The notes under the pieces: generated by a model
Database searches by the model: none
Told to the model about the DNA's origin: nothing
The model's input: only the letters and a program-made list of their open reading frames with translations
From: Octopus sinensis
Taxonomy: Eukaryota
DNA: 64,000 nucleotides
Direction of reading: 5' to 3'
NCBI RefSeq assembly: GCF_006345805.1
Contig: NC_043002.1
Span: 118,358,001 to 118,422,000, forward strand
Shown: positions 11,255 to 22,851 of the stretch, piece by piece
Numbering within the stretch: the stretch's first letter is position 1
Layout of the letters: each line of letters starts with the position of its first letter
Made by a program: the position numbers and the translations under genes

Positions 11255-12180
11255 GGGGATGGTCATGTTGCCAGTTTAGACAATGAAAACACATGCATTA
11301 TATATTTGGTGTTCACTTACTTCAGCTTTATTTTATATTAATTGTATGTTCTTTCTTCACACTTCTGTGACCTCATCAGTGGTCCTTTGCTTTCTTCTTT
11401 CTTTTTTGTGTCTCTCCTTACTAATGATCTGCCATTTTGTATTCCTGCTGTATGTGTCTTTATTTGTACATGAGTATATCCCTGTGTGTATTTATGTTTA
11501 GTAAGCATGTGGGTATGTGTATGGTACCTGCATTATCAGTATTCCCTGTTTATTCATGTTTGTTTAATTTGCTTTCCTTTATTTTATTCATTTATTTTTA
11601 TCTACTTACTTTTTCCTTTCTTTCTTTTTTTTGTATTAATTTAATTTAATTTATTATATTTTGTTTATGTGTATAATTATTTAATTCCATTCATTTATCT
11701 GTGTATTGTATTAGTTTCATATTATTATTAGTTTATGGGGATCTTATTCTGTCATAGGTTGTGTTATGTGGGGTGTGTGTGCTAGTGTTCCATTCTAGTG
11801 TTCTATTTAGGCTAGGCTTATTTTCTATTATGTGGGCAGCTTCTGTAATTTCTCTAAGCGTTGCATCTGTTCTATGTGTGGACAAGATCGTAACTTCTAT
11901 GTTGTTGAATGAGCCCCTGTGTTTCTGCTCAGCGTGCTGGTATAGAACTGATGAGCTCTTCTCTTCCTTAAGTTCCCTCCAGTGCTCATTTACCCACTCT
12001 CCTATGCTCCATGCTGTCTCCTCAAGACAATGACATATGTAGGGGATGATGAGGTCACAGAAGTGTGACGAAAGAACTCTGGCTGAAATACAATTGATAT
12101 GAAATAAAGTTGAAGCAAGTGAACACCAAATATATAGTGCGTGTATTTTTATTGGCTAAACTGGCAACATGACCCAAATA
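11255..12180 (-). mobile_element. Second Penelope-like remnant: GIY-YIG fragment enclosed by inverted arms
   Basis: The minus frame 12032..11733 reads EETAWSIGEWVNEHWRELK...LYQHAEQKH...LREITEAAHIIENKPSLNR* (GIY-YIG); inverted repeat 11261-11378 vs 12047-12174. Confidence 0.75.
12046..12082 (+). ncRNA. Degenerate type I hammerhead motif (C3 to A)
   Basis: (A)TGATGA-G-GTCAC-AGAAGT-GTGAC-GAAA-GAAC-TC-TGG; the partner copy at 11350-11385 (-) retains CCA-CTGATGA. Confidence 0.5.
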
Positions 12181-12677
12181 CAACAATACTTGTTTCAACA
12201 CACGAATTCACACCAAGAATCTTGCAAAATGAATATATAAACACATATAAATATATATATATGTTTAACTACACACACACACACACACACAACTATAGCA
12301 TTAACTAAAATACAGTCATCAATATTGACTGACTTGTACCGGTAGAGTGCCAGGTTGTGGAAATTACCATAATATTATTGCTAAGCAGTGTTTAGGTATA
12401 AGCAAAGTTTAGGTTAGTTAAAATATATTTGGGACATATTTCAACTGCTAAAAGATAAATTCGCTGCAAAAGTTATAGCTTTACTAAGGTCTGTCTGGAG
12501 TTGCCTCTCTTAAGTATTTTCTATTGATAACAGCTAAGGAGCTAGAAACATCGATATCTGTGAATCCTGATATATGGCAACACTGGACAGATATGGTGTT
12601 TTTACCCCTTTTACCTTCCTAATGCTAGATGCTCTCTTTAAGAGTGCAATGGGAGTGGTTGGCCTTAGGAAGGACAT

Positions 12678-12717
<40 letters not shown>

Positions 12718-12729
12718 GCCAGAAAGAGC

Positions 12730-14143
12730 CGATATGGAAAAGGAGGATGTGGAAGCTTAAGGATCCCTCAAATGGGCAGAGAGATGTCTGTAATGAAGTC
12801 TTTGATGAAGAAGAGGAAGAGGTTAAAATATATGACATAGAGGATAACTAGAAGTTCCTATGGAACAATCTTCTAAGGACAACAGACCAAATCTGTGGTT
12901 AGAGCAAAGCTTCTGCCAGACCAAGAGTGACATGGTGGTAGAACAGCCCATAAAAGAGAAGTGATGGGTCTGGAAAGAGGTTAGCAAGAAAACAGACAGG
13001 ACCCTACCCACTTCAGGCAGGTGGCTCTGTTTGATTTGTAGGAAAGGTATAGGTAGGAACTCCATATGGTGTACCCAGTGTAAGCTCAGGACACACAAAA
13101 GGTGCAGTGGATTAATAGGAAGGTTATCTAAAAAGGTAGTGTTCATATGTGAAAGATGCACAGGATCCATAAAAACTATAGAGACTCAGGAAATTGATTC
13201 TCTTAAATCTCCTGATGGCCCATTAGAGGTAGTAGATAATTTCTGCTACCTAGGGGGATCAAATTAGGATGCATCGAGAGTATGATAGCTAGAATAAGAA
13301 TAGGATGGAGGAAATTCAGAGAGCGGTTACCTCTGCTGGCTATGAAAGGTTTCTCTCTCCAAGTGAAAGGAAGATTTTATGATGTATGTATATGGACAGT
13401 AATTCCACATAGTAGTGAGACATGGGCCTTGAATGTAGAGGACATGCAAAGGTTAGTAAGGAATGAGGCTAGTATGCTACACTGGATGTGTAATGTAAGT
13501 GTTCATGTTTGACAGAGTGCTTAGTGTATTGGGAAAGAAGTTAGGAATTAAATGCTATGTTGAAGAGAGAAGACTGCATTGGTTTGGTCATGTGATGCAG
13601 ATGGATGATAATATCTCTGTAAAGAAGTGCTGTTCTCTCAAAGTGGATGGAACACATGGAAGTGAGAGAGCCAGGAAGACATAGGATGAAGTACTGAAGA
13701 ATGGCCTCAGAATGCTGAACTTTTCAGGGAAGATGGCAAAGGATCAGGATGCCTGATATCTTGCTGTACTCAGTGTTAAGTCTAGTCCCCCTGGAGGAGA
13801 GGATTGACTTGCAGGAGTCCTGTGCTGGTGCCATGTAAAAAGCACTTGTGATGGTGCTGTGTAAATGTGCCTGTGCAGTGTCACATAAAAGTCTCCACAC
13901 AGTGCCATGTAAAAGTGCCCATATTTGTGCCACATAAAAGCAGTGGTGCAGCACCATGTAAAAACACCTGCACAGTGTCACATAAAGCTCTCAGCACACT
14001 CTGTAGCACGGTTGGCATTAGGAAGGGCATCCAGCCGTAGAAACCATGCCAAATCAGACTAGAGCCTGATGCAGTTCTCCAGCTCTGGTCAATCCATCCA
14101 ATCTATGTCAGCATGGACACCAGACATTAAACGATGATGATGA
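12730..14143 (+). mobile_element. 5'-truncated RTE-clade LINE (RT C-terminus, PHD-like insert, 3' UTR with degenerate tandem repeats, (GAT)n tail)
   Basis: Peptides CRKGIGRNSIWCTQC..THKRCSG, EVVDNFCYLG, ARIRIGWRKF and RRLHWFGHVMQM, with frameshifts and stops. Confidence 0.85.
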
Positions 14144-15009
14144 TATATATATATATAATACACATACATACATACATACATACATATAGTTTATAGGTTA
14201 GAGACAAGTGTTCTCTATATAGAACATACTTCGAAGTGCTCAAGAGATTTGAACTTGAGTAAATGTAATGACAAGCAAGTTTGGCAAGTTGATTTACACA
14301 GAACATTAAATACATTTAATAGAAAAAAATGTACATGTGTATGGATCTAATATAGCCTGACTTACAGAATATAAATGGTATCAGGAGTTAAATGGGTATT
14401 GTTTTACGAGTCCAACAGCTGGGGGGGGGGGGGGGCTTGGTGATATGCACATTAAATGTATTTAATGTACTGTGTAAATCAACATGGCTAACTTGCTTGT
14501 CATTATATATATATAACATATATGTTATATATATATATATAAATGAGTAATGAAGATGTACTGGTGTCAATTCATTACGGCCATTTTGAGCAACTCCTTC
14601 GATTGAAAGAAACTGTTCTTATCGGATGACCGCATAGACTTCAAAGATAGAGGATAAAACCACTGCTCTAACATATTCACATCAATAATGGAATTCAAAA
14701 TACTTACATTGTTTCCGTTGTCATATCTCTGTACTTGTTTATATTTCATTCATCTACCTTGGAATCTACTCTTTGGAAATACTATAGAAAGTATCTTTAT
14801 ATAAAGTACATGTCTGAACAACCAAGAGTGGATCTCTTCTCTCAGCTGCGTTGCTTTCTCTGCACACATGGCAGAAATATCAGGTGATGCAAACACTTCT
14901 GCATAGAGTTTTCATATTCAGTATTCAATTAACATTGTTTGAGTGTGTGGATTATACCAACCTAACAAGGTGCCTCAATTTAAGCATCTAATTCAACGGG
15001 ATTTTAATT

Positions 15010-15025
15010 GTATATATATAGGTAT

Positions 15026-15056
<31 letters not shown>

Positions 15057-15071
15057 ATATATATATCTATC

Positions 15072-15109
<38 letters not shown>

Positions 15110-15159
15110 AAATATACATATATATATATATCAAATATTTATATATATATATCAAATAT

Positions 15160-15209
<50 letters not shown>

Positions 15210-15212
15210 CAA

Positions 15213-15250
<38 letters not shown>
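15010..15250. repeat. Interrupted (TA)n microsatellite with recurring CAAA interruptions
   Basis: Read directly. Confidence 0.95.
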
Positions 15251-15251
<1 letters not shown>

Positions 15252-15810
15252 CAAAATATTTATACAAATCTTAGAAATCCTGACAATATTTATGAGCATA
15301 CCCAGCTCTGTGCTGTCAACTCACTCCTGACCTCCATTCTAAACAGACACAGTCTTCTAGCCTAAGATTTGGTAGTTGATGAAAAGAGACTAATAGATTG
15401 AAAATGAACCACAATCCTTTACAAGCTATGACCCCCAACAAACTCCATACAGATCTTAGAAGTGTAGTACATTCTTAGGTACATTAGTAGCAACATGCAC
15501 TCTTTCCCTCTTCTTGCTCCATTAGAGAATTTGAGTAAAATTATATCAATGTGTCCAACTGATAAAAAATTCTATTTATTTATGCAGGTCAGGATAGCTC
15601 TGTATTTAAATTGACGTAACGATTGCATTGTTCAATTAAATGGAGTCACTTGAAACGGTCGTACTGCATCACCTCTTGATATCCTGTTGCTTATTTTGAT
15701 TTTATTCACCTTACTTTTGAGTTGTATGGATAATATCGCACTGACTTGATGTTTCAACTTAAGTACCTAATTCAACTGAATCTCAATTATTTCTTATATA
15801 TATATATATA

Positions 15811-16650
15811 CAGAGCTGGGCGTAAGTCTATGAATCCATTAATCGTTAAGTAACAAAGTTAACATTTTTGTTAACAATTTAACTTTTAAGTTAACTTAGA
15901 AAATCATTATTGGACTAATTAACTTCTGTTACATTTAGCTTCCATAAACTCAAGTCCGCTAACCCAAAACTCATCTACTGCAGCCCCTTGGTCAATGCAA
16001 TTTTGGAAGGTATTGACAAAAGATTTGCAACCCTCCTGGGTGATGAGGAATGCCAACTGGCTGCTGCCTTCCACCTCAGGTTTTGCCTCATTTGGTTGAA
16101 TAGGTATGCTAGCACCAAGTTCACCAAGGTGAGGAGAAGCATGGAGGATAAGGTCGAGGATGCGATGAGGAGCAGTCTGAGGAAGTGAGTAGCAACAGTG
16201 GAGGATGACTCCTTCAGTGGCATCACCCAACAAAAAGAGAGTGGAAGCCACAGGTCACTGAAGGACAAGGCCCAGAATCTAGTAAAGACCTGGTTGGAGA
16301 CCAACTCCAAAGATCTACTGACAGATGTTGCCTTCTTGAGTGAACAAGTGTTGGTGGACTTGTTCATCAAGTACAACACAGTCATCCCTTGCAGTGCTGC
16401 AGCTGAATGTCGCAAGGACATCTTGAATGCCAACAGATTGTCCTCGTCTGATGAAAATTTTACTATGTTAATTTTCACGAAGGTTAACTTGAATCTCATC
16501 AACAGAATGTAAGAGAAGAAGAGGAAACATTAAATTATGTATATATTGTGTTTTTCATTTTTTCGTTTTTATTTTTTGAAGGCCACTTTATCAATAAACT
16601 TTTTTTAGTTTAATACTAATATTGTGTTTCCTTTGAGTTTTTTTGTTTTT
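15811..16650 (+). mobile_element. hAT transposon remnant (transposase C-terminus, internally deleted)
   Basis: CAGAGCTGGGC terminus; peptides LVNAILEGIDKRF...LAAAFH.RF and LFIKYNTVIPCSAAAE..SDENF (hAT dimerization domain). Confidence 0.7.
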
Positions 16651-18599
16651 TTTACTCTTTTCTGACTCTAAAAGCCTTTATGAAATCAACCTCTTTTAGG
16701 CCCTTCGAAATTTAAGACTATAAAATCACCATTTTTTAACTCTAAGCCAAAAAAAAAAAAAAAAAAAAAAAAGAAAAACCTATACCTTTGGGGTTCTAAA
16801 GCCTTTGGAAAGGCCAAAAGAGCTGATTTTATGGTTTTGGCATTTTTTAACCCTTTAATGTTTAAACCAGCCAAAACCCATTGTATCTAATTCCACTACG
16901 AAATCTTTCAAAAAAATGAACAAATCACGTTAGTGAATTCTCATAGCTTTGAGATAATGTGAGGGCTTTTCTTCCAGAAAGCACAGAACTGGAAGAAAAG
17001 CAAAAATTAACTGAGATGGATGTCAACAGAGAAAATATTGACTTTCATAAAGTGAAAAAAAATAAATGGAAGGAAAAAAGTTAGTAAATATTTCGGTGTG
17101 AACACGAATAGCTGTTTCGTGGTAGCAGGACATGCTAGAAACAGCAGCCAAATCATTCCTTTCCAGGAAAAAGGAGCCGTTTACATGTGATTTCAATGTC
17201 ACATTCATTGAAAGCATGCAAAATAACCTGGAAGAGAAAAAAAGACCACAGAACAAAACTACCTTTATGGGGAGAAAAATATTGAAAAATATCATTAGAT
17301 GTGTGAGTGAGAAAGAAATGAGGAGGGAGGTTTGGGGATGTGCTAGAAAGAACAGCCAGATCTCCCTTAAATCACACATTTTCCTCTGAAATTATTAACA
17401 TTTTTTTTTTAACTGAAAATGTTTCTCTTAAGTGCATAGTTTATTTTTTATTCATCTCTCACTCTCTCTTTCTCTCCTGCTAACTCACCATTATGCATTC
17501 CGAAATCCGCCGAAACTACACCTGATTGTCCCCCCTTCCATACTCATACACATATGTGTATGTCATGACTCATGCACTGTTCTTTTCCTGATGCTTGTAC
17601 ATTACCCTATGTACTATACATACACTTTAGATGAGTTGTAGTGCACCTGAGCACTGTACACAATGTTTTATCATTTCCAAATAGTCATACTTGAAATTTC
17701 ACAACATTTTTGCATGTTTTCTCTGACAAAAGCCCTCTGCTAAAACACTAGACTTTATTTCATGTTACAACAAACTAGTCAGTATACAAGTCTAACTGAA
17801 TATTTTGCCCTCAAAGTCATCGAGTTCTGAATGTTTTGAAGGGGATTTGTGAAGATGTGTGAAAAGAAAGGAGTTAAAAGCACAGCCTTGATTGACAACT
17901 GTTATGAAGCAGCTAAAAGTCTGCACTAAATGGATTTGCTAATTGTGACTTTATTTTTAACAAGTCTCAGCACACTATCATTTTATTTCGTTTCATTAAT
18001 GTTCGTCTCTTGTAATTTTCTTTCTCTTTCTTTTGTAACATGTTACTAGTGGTGTTGATATGCTTGTTACACTCAATCAAGCATGTGCACACACACACAC
18101 ACGATTCTCTGTGTGTGTGTGTGTGTATGCAATTATGTATGTATGTAATACTTTGCTTGAATGTTGAAGTTGGTTTCTAACAAGAAAACAAACATTCCTT
18201 CACTGGAATTTGGATAACCAGCACTCGTAGAGATTCTATCTGAAAAGTTCATGTCAGCCAGTTTCTTTCTTTTTACTCATTGTTTTTGGCTTTATCTTGT
18301 ATCTGAGAATTTAGTTTCTTCTTTGCTAAACGCTTCCTTTATGGTGATACTATTGATAACTTTGTAGACCGGTGGTTCTCAATGGGGGTCCATGCAACAA
18401 AATAGTAAACTGGGGATCCGCAATAATATTTTAAGAGTCCCTGAAAAAATTTTGCTTCAGATGAATGTATTGCAAGAAACAGCTAAGTTTCTTTCTCTGG
18501 CATTTTACCTACACCCAGAACCATGCTAACAGCTTAGAATTTCTCAGTTTTCTGTGAATCAATTTTGATAAAACTTTTCCCTGTTGGTTTGCACACTAT

Positions 18600-19005
18600 G
18601 GCAGCACCATTGTTGTTTTCATTATTCTATGTAACATAGACCAATGCTTGCATAGAAGAGTTGATGCTATTGACTGAATGGCAATGTTGGTGAAGGACAA
18701 AGTTGATTTTGTTGAACTTTTCTCTCCTGTCATTTGATTTATTCCTTTTCTCTTTTGGTGGCTTCAAAGCTTTTGGTTCCGATGGTGATGAAACCACTTG
18801 TTACAATCTTGGGTTTATGTTTCAAATCATTTAGGCTCAATTCCAGTGACTTTTGGTGTTGCTTTGAGTTGGTCCTTGTATCTTTGAAGAGGACAACCCC
18901 ATGGTCTTTTCCTTGAAGTGAACTCACGGAATAAGACTTGGTGTGGAATCCTTGACACTTCCATTCTCGCTATATGTCCTCACCATCGAAGCTGGTGTTT
19001 CATGA
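18600..19005 (-). mobile_element. RTE (BovB-like) LINE 3' fragment
   Basis: Minus-strand peptide HQLRW*GHIARMEVSRIPHQVLFRE...RPWGCPLQRYKDQLK. Confidence 0.65.
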
Positions 19006-19322
19006 TCAGTGAATCGACATTTACACATACACTCACACATATATTATCATCATCCTTACTTTTATCAGATCTAACTTGCTTGGATTCACATGGCCTCCAT
19101 CCTCCACCCATCTCTATTTTCCAGGCCATGTCACAGTTATTCTCGATAACACTCTACGTCATTGGTTAACTGATAAAACATGTCTCTTTGCAGGTCAGCC
19201 CATGCAATCTCGGCTGAGGTAAGCAATTCAAAGTCCTCTCTTCCCCTGTACAGCAACTTGAATAAGAGTGTCTTCCATTGTGGGCGTTGGTTGACCAAAG
19301 CTTTGTCTGCTGATTTGGAAAA

Positions 19323-19490
19323 CAGAAACTGAAAAAAGCACTGTGGGCTTCATTCTGTTTCTGCCAACCAAATCCACTCACAAGGCTTTGGAAGGCCTTA
19401 GTAGAAGATGCTTGCCCAAGATGCCATACAGTGGGACTGAACTCAGAACCATGTGGTTAGGAAGGAAATATCTTACCACACAGCCGTGCC
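19323..19490 (-). mobile_element. tRNA-derived SINE, family A, 5' part
   Basis: Homologous to 6018-6181. Confidence 0.7.
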
Positions 19491-19652
19491 TAAAATTTAA
19501 ACATTTAACACGCAGTGACTTTCTGCAAATGAATAAAGAGATGAGTTGTGAACAACATGAGGCTACTTTTTATGTTTATAGTAGGGTCTCACAAGTGTAG
19601 AACGGTAAGTTGAAAACGTTAGATTAACTGAGATTATCCAAAGAATTTACTC

Positions 19653-19769
19653 ATGTCCAACCCATGCTTTGATGTCCAACCCATGCTTGATGTCCAACCC
19701 ATGCTTGATGTCCAACCCATGCTAGCATGGAAAACGGACGTTAAACGATGATGATGATGATGATGATGA
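19653..19769 (+). repeat. Extreme 3' end of an RTE-type element with a 4x tandem 18-19 bp unit and (GAT)n tail
   Basis: ATGTCCAACCCATGCTT(T)G x3, then ATGTCCAACCCATGCTAGCATGGAAAACGGACGTTAAAC(GAT)n. Confidence 0.85.
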
Positions 19770-20154
19770 GTGTTTAAAACCTAAAACCAAGCAAGGGATA
19801 AAACTTTAATAAAATTAGCCAACTGAAATTTTTACAAAATGCAATGCTAGTGGAAGTTGATGAATCTAGTCATTAACCCTTTAGCATGCAGATTCCAAGA
19901 TGTCATCTAGTGGTAATGAATCTAGGACCATCTGGTTGGGAAGGGAACTTCTTACCATGTAGCCATGCCTAAACTTTCAACAAATTATACAAGGTGACTT
20001 TCTGCAAATAAATAAAGAATGTGTGTTTTTGTGTGTGTGCCTTTGTGTTTGTTCATCTCCCACTATTGCTTGACAATTCATGCCGGTGTTTCTGCCCTTG
20101 TAACTTAGTGGTTCAGCAAAAGAGACTGACAGAATAAGTACCAGGTTTTTAAAA

Positions 20155-20353
20155 AAATATTAGCATTTATTTATTCACATTGTTTTAAATTAATCCTACA
20201 TTATCTCATAACTTTGAGATTTTGATGATGTGATTGTTTATTTTTGGAATGATATTGTAGACTAAATGTAAGAGGCCAGCTCTGGCCAGTTTGAACATAA
20301 AACAGGTAGAGTATTTGGGCTGGATATAGGCAGTTTAAATGCTTATGGGTTAA
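20155..20353. mobile_element. MITE with TTAA-CCC...GGG-TTAA ends (piggyBac-like); partial copies also at 24602-24783, 37450-37523, 16847-16880 and 19874-19895
   Basis: Shared internal sequence (TTTTGATGATGTGA.TGTTTA; GGCCAGTTTGAACATA) and GGGTTAA/TTAACCC termini. Confidence 0.6.
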
Positions 20354-20409
20354 TGTAAATAATGGGTATGTTTCTTGTGGACTCGTAGAAGATATTAATA
20401 TTGACATGA

Positions 20410-21125
20410 AACAAAGCCTTTCTTAGACTCATGACCACTACATTACATCACACTTCGAAGGCTTTGCATTTGCAATCCAATAACAGGAGATTGCTACTAA
20501 ATACCTTAATCAATAAAAGAGACAGTGAAGCTCTTGAAGTTCCAAGATGCAACCAAAAATGTAGATTATGTCATATTTCATGAAAGGCATTACACATATG
20601 ATTAGCAGTTGCCCAAAAATGTCATCAAGGTACTACTTCTCTATGCAATATGATGTTGCAAAAACAATATACGATGCCATTCAGAAAAAAGACTGTCCTG
20701 GAAGAAATATAGAAAATTCCTCTGTTATTGAATATGTACACAAATACCCGCACAAGGAATACTGGTGGAACAGTCCCATCGAAACATCTGTCAAGTGTAA
20801 ACATAACAGACCAGATATTGTTGCTTGGGACAGACAAGAAAATGTATGTACCAGCATAGAGGTCAGCTGTACTGCTAATGTGAATATCTCTTTGAAAATC
20901 AAAGGAAAAGAAGATAATTATGGACAGCTGCTTTGAAACCACCAGCTTCTATATCGGGATTACAAATTTACTTCTATATCAATAATAATTGCAGCACTTG
21001 GTTTCATAAGTCTGGATAAGCTTGGATATTCAGAAAAAGAAATCAACCGATTCGCACATTTACAAATACAATCTGTAAGTAGAATAGTAAAACTATGCGA
21101 GGCTTTTCTCGGATTTAAATGTGAC
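20410..21125 (+). mobile_element. Non-LTR retrotransposon 3' fragment with zinc knuckle and restriction-like endonuclease (R4/NeSL-like)
   Basis: KCRLCH..ITHMISSCP, then EYWWNSPIETSVKCKHNRPDIVAWD..IEVSC..N..K.KEDNY (PD..E REL motif). Confidence 0.75.
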
Positions 21126-21345
21126 ATTGTTTTTGTTATCTACTTTCCAAAGATGGAGCTTCGTATCTTTGTTAGAAACCAGCTCCTTCTTCAGAAGAAG
21201 AATTAAAGTGATTAAATACAGAAGACATACATATACACAACAGATTTTTAAATTCCCCCACATGGCATTGGTTGGCCTGGGCTAGTATAAAAGACACTTG
21301 CCCAAGATGCCATGTAGTGGGACTGAACCTGAAACTATGTGGTTG

Positions 21346-21776
21346 TGTAGTAACGCCATCTTGGAAATCTCCAGCACGCATGTGCAGGGTTGGAATCTTC
21401 CGGAAGGCCTGCCAGAAGTTCCCTCATGCGCATGCGCAGAAAACTAGCAGCAGCAAAATCCTCTTGTATTTTTCTCTTTGACGCTAGCAGCTGAATGATA
21501 CAGACGTGTCTCCAGCAGCTCTTTTGAGCTGCTACTTCATGGCGCATCTCTGCTATGCTTGAACGGGCAGGATTGACTCACTCCTCTTGACTACTGCCGA
21601 TAAGCTCCTAGGATGCTGATTTGCCCAGGGGAAGGAAATGTTTATATTGCGAATCAAGGAATAAATATTTATACTGCTGAAGTTAATGGAAAATCTTGAC
21701 TCTTTCTTCAACTGATATTTAATGTAAAGAATGCGAGCAGCACCCATCCAGTGTGGGGATCTCTCATCCTGTTACA
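21346..21776 (+). mobile_element. Solo LTR (431 bp, Gypsy-like) inserted in a SINE head
   Basis: TGTAGTAAC...GTTACA inverted termini; 4-bp target site duplication GTTG on both sides (21342-45, 21777-80); AATAAA near 21660. Confidence 0.8.
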
Positions 21777-22851
21777 GTTGTAAACCCTGTGCCTGTGTCT
21801 ATATTTTCTAAAAATTTTGGTCAGTTAACCATATTTGAGTTTTATCCCTCGCTAGTCACTTTTAAACACCAGGAAGGGAGTTTTAATTTATGAATTGCAT
21901 GTGCAATCTCAGTTTTTAAATTTCTGTATTTCGTATTTGAGACCCTACTGTACTTGTATTGAGAATGCAGAATTTCATTTAACACATATAATGTAGATGA
22001 GGAATTTTCCCTCAGCATTCTCAATAATTGCCAACAGCAGCAATACAAAACCGTTTCCCTAACACTGACTGCATTTTAAAGCCCTTATCTTCACATATTG
22101 CTCAACCTTTGTAAACAAAAGGCTTATTGGGATAGTGTTGCTTATTTCTGGTTCTTTGCATTACCATATCCAGGCTGTTTATTTTTAGACAGATTGGAAG
22201 ATTATTATCCTATTTGGAAACATGTAGGAATTGGTATCAGGAAGGGTGTCTGGCTGTAGAAATCTCTGCTCCAACACACTATCATCCAAACCATGTGGTT
22301 CTAGCAAAGTAGGCATGAAAACAATGATGATGATGATGACGATGATAGTGTGTGCATGTGCACCGATGCACACAAGTGTGTGGAACCATTTTGAATTATT
22401 TTTCCGTATTAAACTTCATTCTACATCTCAGCTTTGATTCATGTAAAAATATTTCAAACCAAAATAACTACTGGTATAAATAATGCGAGGATCATTAAAT
22501 ACCTTAAAATGTCTCTCTAATACACCAAATCAGAATGTGATGAATGTGTATTTATAATGTCCACTTAATCACTGTTAATCACAGTTCTGCTCAATAAAAT
22601 ACCAGAGAAATGATAGACTTAATGACTGCTATTGGACAAATCGTTGGCATAACTGAATGGATAACGGAACAGTGCAAATGTCTGTCAAAGATATAACTTT
22701 CCTAATATACTATTTACATTTTTCTGAAAATTTAAGGTTTTCTGTTAATTTTTTATTCTAATCAATAAAAGTTGTTATATTTCTAACTGCCTATCTCAAA
22801 TAGATTGATTTTGTAGATTACCAGTAACTTTTATATGGTAAATAATTACTA

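Noticed and set aside
13820-13995. Regularly spaced GTGCCA(T/C)(G/A)TAAAA repeats suggestive of a CRISPR-like array
   Set aside because: Degenerate tandem units inside the RTE 3' UTR in eukaryotic DNA; no unique spacers and no cas genes
14690-14800. Strong minus-strand donor AAT|GTAAGT at about 14707 with ORF 14567-14749
   Set aside because: All frames are blocked upstream, there is no recognisable protein, and no partner exons were found
15975-16502. 175-aa minus ORF (likewise 53838-54407, 54561-55064, 55645-56229)
   Set aside because: Antisense shadows of hAT and RTE coding sequence
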